NCBI GenBank assembly: GCA_019358915.1
Contig: JAHHIM010000073.1
Span: 192,001-256,000, forward strand
DNA: 64,000 nt
Origin: Trichormus sp. ATA11-4-KO1
Lineage (GTDB): Bacteria > Cyanobacteriota > Cyanobacteriia > Cyanobacteriales > Nostocaceae
Direction: 5' to 3'
Part shown: in pieces, positions 30,675 to 41,312 of the stretch
Position numbering within the stretch: the stretch's first letter is position 1
Layout: each line of letters opens with the position of its first letter
Made by a program: the position numbers and the translations under genes
The notes under the pieces: generated by a model
The model's database searches: none
Told to the model about the DNA's origin: nothing
Seen by the model: only the letters and a program-made list of their open reading frames with translations

Positions 30675-31895
30675 CTATGGTCTTATAGCCTTACCCACAA
30701 ACAGTTCCTGAAATACCTGAAGCCGTTGCTGTGCTGGTTCTGGCGTAATGCTACCCCATAAACTTTCCCAATAAAAAAAAGAAACGCCGGGAAAATTGCG
30801 ATCGCGTACCATCTTCACCTGTTTTTTGATTTGGGCAATATTCACAGGAGTCTGAGACGTTCCCGTTAATATCCCAATCCCTACAGGAATGCGAGTCCGT
30901 GCAAATTTCACTGCTGGTTGTTCGAGTTCAGTAAGAAAACTGTTTTTGTCATTACGATATACCTGCAATATCAACTCATCTACCAAACCTCTTCTCACCC
31001 AACTTTCCCAATCTTGTAAGTAATATTTATAGGCAAAACTTTGTGAATTAGGCGATAAAGATATTATGGCATTGGGTTTAATAGCTTTCACACTTTCATG
31101 GATTTCTACCATAAAATCAGTAATTTTAGTAGCCCGCCAACGCATCCATCTAGAATCAAACGGATCGCTTGGAGGACTTTTACCTTGATTTTCTCGCCGA
31201 TAGAGATCAACAGTAAAAGCATCGTAACCAAATTTTACAGGCATTCCAAAATGGTCGTCTAACTGAATACCATCTACATCGTAACGACTGACAACTTCCT
31301 CAATTAACCGTAAGATAAACTCTTGAACTTCCGGATGCAGAGGATTTAACCAAGCTTGCTGACGCGTTAAGTTCTCGTTAATTTCCTCCAAAATTTCATT
31401 AGTAGATTTTTTTCCGTCTTTCCCCATTGTTAACCAGTCAGGATAACGCTTGGCTAATGACGAATTTAGTGGTGTCATAAAACCATATTCAAACCAAGGA
31501 ATAATACTTAAACTTTGAGGTTTAGCCAGTTTGATGATTTTCGTTAAAACATCCTGTCCACCGTGCATTAAATTCAATAAAGGGTCAGCATCTGAACCTG
31601 TAACTTTTTTAGCTACAGTACTTTTATAAAAAGTATTACCTCGATTCCAAACTACAGGATAAATTGTATTAAATTTAAGTGCAGATAATTGGTTAATAGC
31701 GCGGTTAAGTCCCCAAGGAACAAACATCACACCACTAGCAACATTAGTCAGCCAAACACCACGAATTTCTGTTGTAGTGGGTAAGCTTTTATGCTTGTAA
31801 GGCACAGGTTGTGAAGGAAATGAAATGATTACATAGCATATTATTAATCCCAAACACAGCAAGTTAAAAAAACCACGTCTAGTCAACCAATTCAT
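30675..31895 (-). CDS. Glycosyl hydrolase-like 10 (GHL10) protein
   Basis: EIRGVWLTN, PWFEYG, WLNPLHPEVQ, DGIQLDDHF. Confidence 0.88.
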   Translation of the reverse strand: MNWLTRRGFFNLLCLGLIICYVIISFPSQPVPYKHKSLPTTTEIRGVWLTNVASGVMFVPWGLNRAINQLSALKFNTIYPVVWNRGNTFYKSTVAKKVTGSDADPLLNLMHGGQDVLTKIIKLAKPQSLSIIPWFEYGFMTPLNSSLAKRYPDWLTMGKDGKKSTNEILEEINENLTRQQAWLNPLHPEVQEFILRLIEEVVSRYDVDGIQLDDHFGMPVKFGYDAFTVDLYRRENQGKSPPSDPFDSRWMRWRATKITDFMVEIHESVKAIKPNAIISLSPNSQSFAYKYYLQDWESWVRRGLVDELILQVYRNDKNSFLTELEQPAVKFARTRIPVGIGILTGTSQTPVNIAQIKKQVKMVRDRNFPGVSFFYWESLWGSITPEPAQQRLQVFQELFVGKAIRP

Positions 31896-32028
31896 TTGTA
31901 GGCTGGACTTTGTTTTGCAGGAACACTTTTAAATACATATTTAATTAGCATTCCTCCGGATGATGTGGTGATATCATCATATTATGAAAATCTCATGCAG
32001 GAATGCAGAGATAGGTAACATCCAATTA

Positions 32029-32853
32029 TCAATTTTTTTTCGCAATATGAAAAGCAGAAATAAATGAAAGTTGCAAACTACCTCCCAAGTCATCTTTTAT
32101 CTGTTGTCGTAGTTCTGCAAATAACGCTTCTTTACTATGTGTAGCTAACTTTAGATATGGTGAATAAGTGTTTAAAAGTGATATATATTCATCGACTGTA
32201 TAAACCACGTCAGATTTGACTTGCCCAAACTTTAATTCTTGGAATTGCTCCGAATCAATAACCATACTCCCTAATTCCCTCAATATCTTTTGTTGAGTTT
32301 CATCATCCTCATATCGATTCAGAGATGGCGCATGTAGTTGATAGACTTTAGATAGACTTTGGTAAACTTCGTAACTAGGTTGCAATTCCTTATTCCACAA
32401 AAGAATTAAATAACCATTTTCTTTTAAAGCACTTGCCACTTTTGGATAGCCTACTTCTGGCGATATCCAGTGAAAAGAACTTGCTGCTAAAACAGCATCA
32501 AACTTATTCGCCTCTAACGTCCACTCTTCAAAAGATGTATTTTGAATAACTACATTTGGATAAGCTTGACAATTCTGTTGTGCTAACTCAAAAAAATTTG
32601 GATTTGGTTCTAAACAAATCATTGGGTAACCCAATTGAGCAAATGCTAACGTTGCAGTTGCAGGGCCACATCCTATTTCCAGAATTTTTGACTCTGTGGA
32701 GAGTTGAGCAACCTCTACAACTTGCTCAATTAATTTTTGAGGATAACGAGGTCTGGTCTTATTGTAAGCTTCCGCCGCCGGAGAGTACCAATTTTTTCGT
32801 ACTTCGAGGTCTTTACTAGAAAAGCTAGTTATTATTTGTTTTAAATTATCCAT
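32029..32853 (-). CDS. Class I SAM-dependent methyltransferase
   Basis: ILEIGCGPA, ASSFHW. Confidence 0.88.
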   Translation of the reverse strand: MDNLKQIITSFSSKDLEVRKNWYSPAAEAYNKTRPRYPQKLIEQVVEVAQLSTESKILEIGCGPATATLAFAQLGYPMICLEPNPNFFELAQQNCQAYPNVVIQNTSFEEWTLEANKFDAVLAASSFHWISPEVGYPKVASALKENGYLILLWNKELQPSYEVYQSLSKVYQLHAPSLNRYEDDETQQKILRELGSMVIDSEQFQELKFGQVKSDVVYTVDEYISLLNTYSPYLKLATHSKEALFAELRQQIKDDLGGSLQLSFISAFHIAKKN

Positions 32854-32868
32854 AATCTACTCAGATAG

Positions 32869-32941
32869 GTAGGTTGAGTTAAACACAGTAAAACCCAACA
32901 AAATCTAGGTTTTTGCCATTAAGTTGAGGAACGAAACCCAA
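32869..32941. repeat. Degenerate GTAG-type REP element
   Basis: GTAGGTTGAGTT...AACCCAAC and GTTGAGGAACGAAACCCA. Confidence 0.5.
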
Positions 32942-32991
32942 AAATTCTATGAATTGGTATTAGATAAGTCAGAGAAAGAAATTATACAAAA

Positions 32992-34461
32992 CTAAAATTT
33001 CTCCACACCTGCAAACTGCTTCATGCTTGTATTGGCTGCTTCACCACAAGTGCGGGGTGTAGGAAATATCTTATTGGGATTTGCCAAACCTTTGGGATTA
33101 AATACTTGCCTTACCCATTGCATAGTTTCTAAATCAGCCTCACTAAACATATCTGGCATATAGCATTTTTTATCTGCACCAATGCCATGTTCACCGGAAA
33201 TACTACCACCGACTTTAACGCAGAGCTTGAGAATTTCTCCGCCAACTTCTTCTACTTTCTCTAATGCTCCTGGAATAGAATTATCAAATAAAATTAATGG
33301 GTGTAAATTACCATCTCCAGCGTGAAATACATTAGCAATTCTATAACCAAATTTTTCACTTAATGCCTCAATTTCTTGCAGAACATAAGGCAACTGAGTC
33401 CGGGGAATTACCCCATCTTGAACATAATAATCTGGACTTAAATGTCCGGCGGCGGCAAAAGCTGCTTTACGTCCTTTCCAAAGTTTTAATCGAGTTTCTG
33501 GGTCACTAGCAGAAGTGACATTACGCGCCCCATTCTTTTTACAAATTTCCGCCACCCGTTGTTTATTTACCGCAACTTCTACATCCAAACCATCAATTTC
33601 TACTAATAAAATAGCCGTAGCGTCGCGAGGATAACAATTTGTTGCCACAACATCCTCAACTGCATTGATGCTAATGTTATCCATCATTTCCATACCACCG
33701 GGAATAATTCCCGCGCTGATGATATCAGAAACACTTGCCCCAGCCGCTTCCACACTAGTAAAATCTGCTAATAAAACACAAATTGATTCAGCACTTTTGA
33801 GAATCCGCAAAGTAATTTCTGTAGCAATACCCAAAGTACCTTCAGAACCCACAAATACACCCGTTAAATCATAACCAGGCATTTCCGGTACTTGTCCACC
33901 TAAATCGAGAATATCCCCTTCAGGCGTGACAATTCTTAAGCCCAAAACATGGTTAGTGGTAACACCGTACTTGAGACAATGCACCCCACCAGAGTTTTCG
34001 GCAACGTTACCCCCAATTGAGCAGATAATTTGGCTAGAAGGGTCTGGTGCATAATAAAATCCAGCACCACTAACGGTTTGTGTTACCCAACTATTAATTA
34101 CTCCTGGCTGGACAACAATACGCTGATTATCTAAATCAACATTAAGGATTTGCCGCATTAATGAAGTGACAATTAACACTGAATTTGCTGAAGGTAAAGC
34201 GCCACCAGATAAACCAGTCCCAGAACCGCGTGCGATAAAGGTTACAGAGTATTTGTTGCATATCTTCACCACTTCGGCAATTTGTTCTGTAGTTCTGGGC
34301 AAAATTACTACAGCCGGACGTTGACGATAACTAGTTAAACCATCGCACTCATAGGTAATGAGTTCTTCACGACGTTGCACTACACCATTTTTACCAACTA
34401 CAGCCTCAAATGCTTTAATAATAGGTTTCCAGTTGTATTGCTTTTTATCTTGGGTAAGCAT
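32992..34461 (-). CDS. glcD: Glycolate oxidase subunit GlcD
   Basis: ARGSGTGLSGGA, APDPSS, GSEGTLG, HAGDGNLHP, SGEHGIG. Confidence 0.92.
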   Translation of the reverse strand: MLTQDKKQYNWKPIIKAFEAVVGKNGVVQRREELITYECDGLTSYRQRPAVVILPRTTEQIAEVVKICNKYSVTFIARGSGTGLSGGALPSANSVLIVTSLMRQILNVDLDNQRIVVQPGVINSWVTQTVSGAGFYYAPDPSSQIICSIGGNVAENSGGVHCLKYGVTTNHVLGLRIVTPEGDILDLGGQVPEMPGYDLTGVFVGSEGTLGIATEITLRILKSAESICVLLADFTSVEAAGASVSDIISAGIIPGGMEMMDNISINAVEDVVATNCYPRDATAILLVEIDGLDVEVAVNKQRVAEICKKNGARNVTSASDPETRLKLWKGRKAAFAAAGHLSPDYYVQDGVIPRTQLPYVLQEIEALSEKFGYRIANVFHAGDGNLHPLILFDNSIPGALEKVEEVGGEILKLCVKVGGSISGEHGIGADKKCYMPDMFSEADLETMQWVRQVFNPKGLANPNKIFPTPRTCGEAANTSMKQFAGVEKF

Positions 34462-34615
34462 AGTTTTTTATAGCTAAAGGTGGATATATCACCATTGTGA
34501 CAAGAATAGCGCTTTAGGGGGAGTAACAAGCAATTAATCTGACAGCATGGCTACACTTACCGCACTTATTTGCATGAGTTATATTCATTCTTGTACTGCT
34601 AGGTAACATAGCAAG

Positions 34616-35302
34616 ATGAATGAGAGCCTAACTCAAAAGATCCGAAATGATTTTGATCAGATTGCTTTGCATGACCAAGAAGGATGGAATCATAACAATC
34701 ACTATCATCCTTTTCTGCTGAAACAATTACCAAATAAATGCAAAACAGTCTTAGATATTGGTTGTGGAACAGGTGAATTTGCCCGACGTCTGGCTCAATG
34801 TGCTGACCAAGTTATTGCCATAGATTTATCCCCCAATATGATTGAGGTTGCCAAGCAGCGTTCAACACAATATACAAATATTAATTTTCAAGTGGCTGAT
34901 GTTTTACAGTGGGAATTTCCTGTTGAGCAATTTGATGCGATCGCTTCCATTGCCACAGTTCATCATTTATCATTAGAAAACTTGCTGCCCAAACTGAAAG
35001 CTGCTTTAAAACCTGGTGGCAAACTGATAATTTTGGATTTATTAGAACCCGAAAATAGGCAAGATGTCTTCAGCGATTTTGTGGCTATTCCGCTTAACTG
35101 GTTACTGCAAATAAGTAAAAATAGACATATTCAATCAACACCAGCAGCAGCCGCAGCAATGAAAGAACATCTTCTTACAGATAGATATCTCACCCTATCA
35201 CAAGCACGAAAAATTTATACAAATTCATTGGTGAAAATGCAGGTAAAAAAGCACTTATTTTGGCGTTATTCAGTAGTTTGGGAAAGGTCAGTAGTAGCAT
35301 GA
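34616..35302 (+). CDS. Class I SAM-dependent methyltransferase
   Basis: VLDIGCGTG motif I. Confidence 0.88.
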   Translation: MNESLTQKIRNDFDQIALHDQEGWNHNNHYHPFLLKQLPNKCKTVLDIGCGTGEFARRLAQCADQVIAIDLSPNMIEVAKQRSTQYTNINFQVADVLQWEFPVEQFDAIASIATVHHLSLENLLPKLKAALKPGGKLIILDLLEPENRQDVFSDFVAIPLNWLLQISKNRHIQSTPAAAAAMKEHLLTDRYLTLSQARKIYTNSLVKMQVKKHLFWRYSVVWERSVVA

Positions 35303-35349
35303 CAAATCAAGTAAACTAGAAATAATGCTCTTAAATAGTAGATAAAATT

Positions 35350-36057
35350 ATGGTTGAGCAAATTCTTATCAATGAAGATGATTTCTATGTGCCAGATGCC
35401 AACCAGCTAATCACTGAAGATGATACACCTGTGGACAATTTTGCATCTGAAAAACAACAACGCCTCTTGGTTGGCTCTCTTTACAGTTCTTTACAAAATC
35501 AGAATTTTTTAGCCGCAGCTAATGTTGGTATTTACTATACAGACCTCCAGCCTGCAATTGTACCTGATATTTTTCTTAGTTTAGATGCCCAAGTTCCAGA
35601 AAAATGGTGGGAAAAACAAAATCGTTGTTATATGGTTTGGCGTTTTGGTAAACCTCCAGAAGTAGTGGTGGAGATTGTTTCTAACAAAGAAGGTAATGAA
35701 CTAGGCAAAAAATTAAGAATTTATGAGCAAATGCGAGCGAGTTATTACATCGTATATGACCCAACACAGCAATTAGGAGAGCAAATACTACGGGTGTATG
35801 AACTTAGAGGAAGGCGCTATTTTGAAACTTCAGCGACTTGGCTAGAACAAGTAGGTTTAGGTATCACTCTATGGTCAGGAGAATTTGAAGGTAGACAAGA
35901 TACCTGGTTACGCTGGTGCTACCAAGATTTAACTATTCTACCTACTGGAGATGAACGGGCTGAACAGGAACGCCAACGGGCCGAACAAGCAGAAAAACGC
36001 GCCCAATCACTAGCAGAAAGACTCAGGGCTATAGGCATAGATCCTGATACTTTGTAA
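35350..36057 (+). CDS. Uma2 family endonuclease
   Basis: IVPDIFLSL, PEVVVEIVS, EQERQRAE tail. Confidence 0.9.
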   Translation: MVEQILINEDDFYVPDANQLITEDDTPVDNFASEKQQRLLVGSLYSSLQNQNFLAAANVGIYYTDLQPAIVPDIFLSLDAQVPEKWWEKQNRCYMVWRFGKPPEVVVEIVSNKEGNELGKKLRIYEQMRASYYIVYDPTQQLGEQILRVYELRGRRYFETSATWLEQVGLGITLWSGEFEGRQDTWLRWCYQDLTILPTGDERAEQERQRAEQAEKRAQSLAERLRAIGIDPDTL

Positions 36058-36077
36058 AGGCATTTCATCAAACTTGT

Positions 36078-36977
36078 CTACACATTCTTGAAAAACTCCT
36101 CCACTCGCCGCCAAACCTTCTCTAACAAATCAGGATCATCTGCATCAAACCACTCAATTTGGGGATATGCCTTAAACCAAGTACGCTGTCGCTTGGCAAA
36201 TTGTCTTGTATGTAAAACCGTTAATTCCTTTGCTGACTCCAAAGAAATTTCACCAGCTAAATATTGCTTAATTTCTTGATACCCCAAAGTATTCAACAAA
36301 GGTAAATCAGCACCATATTTTTGACAAAGATATTCCACCTCAGTCACCAAACCATCAGCTATCATTTGCTCAGTGCGTTTTTGAATGCGTAGCCTTAAAT
36401 TTTCCACTTCGCAATCTAAACCAATTTGTAAAATCGGATAATTTGGTGGGTTTTCTCCTTGCTGCTGGGAAATTGGATAACCAGTAATATAAAATACTTC
36501 TACTGCTCGTAAAGTCCGCACAGTATCATGAGGATGAATCTTCTGTGCGGCGATCGCATCTACTTGTTGTAATATTTCATATAGCATAGTTTGTCCCAAA
36601 GATTCGAGTTGCGATCGCAATTCCTTTTGTGGTGAAACTCTGGGTATTTTCATGCCTCGGACAATAGAACGGATGTATAAACCTGTGCCTCCAACTAACA
36701 GGAGTGGTGAAATAGAAAGAGAAGCAATTAAGTTTTGTGCTTGCTCTTGATAGTCTGCTACCGTCATTGTGTCTGTTGGATCGCAGATATCTATTAAATA
36801 ATGTGGTACTAATTTTTGTTCTGCCAATGTTGGCTTAGCCGTACCAATATCAAACTCACGATACACCTGACGGGAATCTGCACTGAGAATTACAGAACCT
36901 AATCGTCTAGCTAAATTTAATGCCAAACCTGACTTACCAGTCGCTGTTGCACCACAAATTACAATCAATTTAGTCAT
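36078..36977 (-). CDS. miaA: tRNA dimethylallyltransferase
   Basis: GATATGKS, DSRQVY, GGTGLY, AKRQRTWF. Confidence 0.96.
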   Translation of the reverse strand: MTKLIVICGATATGKSGLALNLARRLGSVILSADSRQVYREFDIGTAKPTLAEQKLVPHYLIDICDPTDTMTVADYQEQAQNLIASLSISPLLLVGGTGLYIRSIVRGMKIPRVSPQKELRSQLESLGQTMLYEILQQVDAIAAQKIHPHDTVRTLRAVEVFYITGYPISQQQGENPPNYPILQIGLDCEVENLRLRIQKRTEQMIADGLVTEVEYLCQKYGADLPLLNTLGYQEIKQYLAGEISLESAKELTVLHTRQFAKRQRTWFKAYPQIEWFDADDPDLLEKVWRRVEEFFKNV

Positions 36978-37032
36978 TGCTCATTGGTCATTGGTCACTA
37001 GGTAAACTACCTCCCCTTCTCCCCTTGGCCCC

Positions 37033-37453
37033 CACCTGACAGGTGTAGGTTTTTACAAGGGAGTGAGTATTCAGTATTTTCGTCAGAAAATCAAAGAAGA
37101 AAACCAGAACATGGATGAGACTCAAATGCTAAAAAATGAGTATCTCAAACAATGGACAAGGATAGTATCAGAGAAGATGCCGCATCTGTCGATACCCCAA
37201 GTAGTGGAGTTACGGCATAGTGATGACGCAATCAAGTAGCCTGAGCAAAGTATCGCAATTCATTGCCAAAGTGAATGGCGAAAAAGCTTCGACAGTACGT
37301 CAAAGGTTAAGAAAATGGTATGAGGAAGCACAAGCCAAAAAAGGGAGTCATCGTCGCAGCCTGGATGTTAAGAGTTGTTTTGCGCCATTGCTGAAGTGGG
37401 TGTTAAGTTTACTGCCCAGAGATTTGACACAAATAGCCTTTTCCATATATTAA
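37033..37453 (+). mobile_element. Truncated, frameshifted IS transposase remnant (IS4-like; family uncertain)
   Basis: MLKNEYLKQWTRIVSEKMPHLSIPQVV, then frameshifted WSYGIVMTQSSSL..TVRQRLRKWY..CFAPLLKWVL; no DDE region; flanked by CCCC-rich STRR. Confidence 0.7.
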
Positions 37454-37541
37454 GTTCTTCCCCCATCTCCCCATCCCCCCATCTCCCCATTCCCCTGGAA
37501 ATATACTAAAATCAATGACCTGAGTCACAAAGAGAGCAATC

Positions 37542-38999
37542 ATGGCATCCATCCGCGAGTTGCACGAACAGCTAATTAAAAAAGAACGTTCTGCTGTCGA
37601 AATTACCCAAGAAGCTTTAGACCGTATTCAAGCATTAGAGCCGAAATTACACAGTTTCTTACACGTAACGGCACAACAGGCGTTAGAACAGGCTCGTGCT
37701 GTGGATACCAAAATCGCTGCTGGAGAAGAAATTGGACTGCTGGCAGGTATTCCCATTGGCATTAAGGACAATATGTGTACCAAGGGGATTCCCACCACTT
37801 GCGCCTCCAAGATTTTGGCAAATTTTGTGCCACCTTATGAATCAACAGTGACACAAAAATTGGCTGATGCCGGGGCAGTGATTGTTGGTAAAACCAATTT
37901 AGATGAGTTTGCAATGGGCAGTTCTACAGAAAACTCTGCCTACCAAGTTACGGCTAATCCTTGGGATTTATCACGAGTTCCGGGTGGTTCTTCTGGAGGT
38001 TCGGCGGCGGCTGTGGCGGCGGAAGAATGTGTGGTTGCGCTTGGTTCTGATACTGGCGGTTCGATTCGACAACCTGCGTCGTTTTGTGGTGTAGTGGGGA
38101 TGAAACCGACTTACGGTTTGGTTTCCCGTTACGGCTTGGTAGCTTTTGCTTCGTCTTTGGATCAAATTGGCCCATTTGGACGCTCAGTAGAAGATACCGC
38201 AATTTTATTAAATGCGATCGCAGGTTACGATCCCCAAGACTCTACCAGCTTGAACGTAGAAATCCCTAACTACGCCGCCAGTTTAAAACCAGACTTTAAA
38301 GCTAGAGGAAAACTGCGAATTGGGGTAATCAAAGAAACTTTTGGTGAAGGGTTGGACTCTGTTGTTGAACAAGCTGTTACTAAAGCAATAGACCAACTAC
38401 AAAGTTTGGGTGCAGAAGTTCATATAGTTTCCTGCCCCAACTTCCGCTATGGCGTACCTAGTTACTACATCATCGCCCCATCAGAAGCATCCGCTAACCT
38501 TGCTCGTTACGATGGTGTGAAATATGGCTTGCGTGCTGATAACGCAGATAATCTGCTATCTATGTATACTCGTACCCGTTCCACGGGTTTTGGTGCAGAA
38601 GTCAAACGCCGGATTATGATTGGCACATACGCCCTTTCTGCTGGCTATTACGATGCTTATTATCTGAAAGCGCAAAAAGTCCGCACCCTGATTAAACAAG
38701 ATTTTGAAAGAGCGTTTAAAAAAGTTGATGTATTAGTTTGTCCTACTGTTCCCACCACAGCATTCAAAGCAGGGGAGAAAAATACTGATCCCTTAAGTAT
38801 GTACTTACTAGACCTCATGACAATTCCCGTAAATCTTGCAGGTTTACCGGGTATAAGTGTACCTTGTGGTTTTGATGACCAAGGGTTACCAATTGGATTG
38901 CAGCTAATTGGCAAGGTGCTACGAGAAGACCAGTTACTTCAAGTAGCCTACGCTTACGAGCAATCAACTACTTGGCATCTGAAACAGCCGGCGTTGTGA
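37542..38999 (+). CDS. gatA: Asp/Glu-tRNA amidotransferase subunit A
   Basis: [34 protein letters not shown]. Confidence 0.97.
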   Translation: MASIRELHEQLIKKERSAVEITQEALDRIQALEPKLHSFLHVTAQQALEQARAVDTKIAAGEEIGLLAGIPIGIKDNMCTKGIPTTCASKILANFVPPYESTVTQKLADAGAVIVGKTNLDEFAMGSSTENSAYQVTANPWDLSRVPGGSSGGSAAAVAAEECVVALGSDTGGSIRQPASFCGVVGMKPTYGLVSRYGLVAFASSLDQIGPFGRSVEDTAILLNAIAGYDPQDSTSLNVEIPNYAASLKPDFKARGKLRIGVIKETFGEGLDSVVEQAVTKAIDQLQSLGAEVHIVSCPNFRYGVPSYYIIAPSEASANLARYDGVKYGLRADNADNLLSMYTRTRSTGFGAEVKRRIMIGTYALSAGYYDAYYLKAQKVRTLIKQDFERAFKKVDVLVCPTVPTTAFKAGEKNTDPLSMYLLDLMTIPVNLAGLPGISVPCGFDDQGLPIGLQLIGKVLREDQLLQVAYAYEQSTTWHLKQPAL

Positions 39000-39073
39000 G
39001 TGGGGAGTCAGGGAGTGAGGGAGTATTTTTGTTCTTGTCCCCTTGTCCCCTTGTTCTCTCCAAATTACAAGAA

Positions 39074-39874
39074 CTACTGACTGACACTTTCAGGAGTGAA
39101 AGTCACTTCTTTGACATCACCGTCACTCCCGAAAGGTTTTGCTGGTTGCTGATTAACAGAAATCAACACAGCACCTGCATTACCAGAGCGTATAGTCAAC
39201 TGTTCTTTTGCTGTCCAAGTTCTCCGTTCTCCATTTGTTAAATTACCCATAAATTCAGTTTTGCCATCTACTGTCACCTGTAACCACGATTTATCTTGAA
39301 GTTCTAAACTGACTTCGATATTTTCGCTGACAGTCGGTTTGGGAGATGCTACTGGCAAAGCTGTGATTTCGGGAGTAGCCAAAGATTCGGGTTCGGGTGA
39401 TGCAGGAACAGGTAATGGTGTAATTTTTGCTTCTTGAGTCGATACTGAGTCTTGTTTTTTCGCTAGGGATTCGGCTGTTAGTTTTGGATTGAGTACATAA
39501 ATCAGTCCGACAGAAGCAAGTACTAATAAGAGAACGTATGGTACATACAAGGGTATGTGTATATCTGGTCGTTTGTCTAAAATTTGATTATCATGATGAG
39601 AGTCTTGAGGTAAATCGTTAATTACAAAGGTATTTGCTAAAGCCGTACCATCCAACCCTATGGCATCACCATAGCGGCGGATAAATCCTTGAACGTAAAC
39701 AGGTTCAGGCAATTCTGCAAATTGCCCTGCATCTAGAGCTTTCAAAAAAGCGAGTCGAATATTTGTTGTAGCAGCTATTGCCTCTATACGTATGGATTTT
39801 TCTTGTCTTACTTGTAGTAAATGTTGAGTTATTTCCTTTAATTGCTCTTTTTGAGCTTCATTTAAGAGCGTCAC
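39074..39874 (-). CDS. RodZ-like protein (HTH_25 + TM + DUF4115)
   Basis: LPEPVYVQGFIRRYG, single TM, SWLQVTVDGK..GNAGAV. Confidence 0.85.
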   Translation of the reverse strand: MTLLNEAQKEQLKEITQHLLQVRQEKSIRIEAIAATTNIRLAFLKALDAGQFAELPEPVYVQGFIRRYGDAIGLDGTALANTFVINDLPQDSHHDNQILDKRPDIHIPLYVPYVLLLVLASVGLIYVLNPKLTAESLAKKQDSVSTQEAKITPLPVPASPEPESLATPEITALPVASPKPTVSENIEVSLELQDKSWLQVTVDGKTEFMGNLTNGERRTWTAKEQLTIRSGNAGAVLISVNQQPAKPFGSDGDVKEVTFTPESVSQ

Positions 39875-40056
39875 AATCTTCTCCTAAGAATGACTAAATT
39901 TTACTATTTAACAGTGGGATTGCTTAATTAAAGTAATTATTTTTACTATTCAAAATGTTTGAATTAGTTTAATTTTAATGGGAAAGTACCCACCTTGCTT
40001 AGTTAGTAAATCTTTATTTTATTTATCAATATTTGTTAAAGTATAAAGTCTAGAGC

Positions 40057-40947
40057 ATGAATATAAACAAACTGCAATTTTCAATGCAATTGTGTTTTAA
40101 GCTGCTGCTTATAGTAGAAATAGTTGTGGTTATTGCCTACTTTGCCATCTGTCTATTTCTGTTTGTTCGGCAGCCTCGGTTCATCTTCTTTCCCTCTAGT
40201 ACTGTGGAAATTACACCAGAGTTTTTCCATCTCCCATACGAGGAGGTGTGGCTGCCTGTACCAGCTAGCTCTGGTAAAGTGGAACGCATTCATGGTTGGT
40301 GGATCGAAGCCACCCAAACCGATGCCAAGGTTTTGTTATATCTGCACGGGAATGGGATCAATATTAGCGCCAATATTGGTCATGCCAATCGATTTTATCA
40401 ACTAGGATTTTCCGTGCTGCTGATTGATTATCGCGGGTATGGTCGCAGTGAAGGTGTTTTTCCCAATGAAATGCGAGTTTATCAGGATGCAGCCGTCGCG
40501 TGGAATTACCTGGTACAGGAGAAGCAGATTCCACCTAGCCAAATTTTTATTTATGGACATTCTATGGGGGGAGCAATAGCTATTGATTTGGCAGTCAAAC
40601 ACCCAAATGCTGCTGGATTGATTGTGGAAAGCTCGTTTACCTCTATTCGGGATGTAGTGGCTTACAGAAACTTATTTCGGCTGTTTCCTGTAGATTTAAT
40701 CTTGACACAGAGATTTGATTCTCTTAAAAAAATACCACAGTTAAAAGTGCCTGTTTTATTCATTCACGGTACTGCTGATACAACCGTACCGTCTTTTATG
40801 AGCCAACAACTGTATAACGCTGCTCCCCAACCGAAAAAACTGCTTTTGATTCCAGCCGCAGACCACAATGACACGGCTTCAGTGGCTGGAGGAGAATATC
40901 TGCAATGGGTAAAGTCTTTTACCCAACAAGTAAAGGTTAGCAACTAG
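40057..40947 (+). CDS. Alpha/beta hydrolase (ABHD-like)
   Basis: YLHGNG, DYRGYG, GHSMGG, IHGTAD, ADHND. Confidence 0.9.
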   Translation: MNINKLQFSMQLCFKLLLIVEIVVVIAYFAICLFLFVRQPRFIFFPSSTVEITPEFFHLPYEEVWLPVPASSGKVERIHGWWIEATQTDAKVLLYLHGNGINISANIGHANRFYQLGFSVLLIDYRGYGRSEGVFPNEMRVYQDAAVAWNYLVQEKQIPPSQIFIYGHSMGGAIAIDLAVKHPNAAGLIVESSFTSIRDVVAYRNLFRLFPVDLILTQRFDSLKKIPQLKVPVLFIHGTADTTVPSFMSQQLYNAAPQPKKLLLIPAADHNDTASVAGGEYLQWVKSFTQQVKVSN

Positions 40948-41312
40948 GGGATTAAGGTAATTCAACGTGCGCCTCCGTTGGAGACTCACGTTAATACTGA
41001 AATTTATGTAATTGATAATTTGGTAAAAAATTAAACTAATAATAACGTAAATTTACTAAAAGAATCTAGTAACTATGAAGCATATTTCTTTTCTGAGCGA
41101 TCGCTTGATAAATACTAGCTTTATGAGATGTTTTTACTTGCTAAATCAGAGTCTTGGAGACTTAGTAAATTTAATCGAATCTAGGTAATTTTGCTATTTT
41201 TTACAAAAATCTGTAAAAATAATACAAATGCCTCCGGATATGCCAAAAAAGTATGCGAGAAATTATACAGATTTAATCACTCCTTGCCTGAATATCAGAA
41301 GCAACTTCAATC

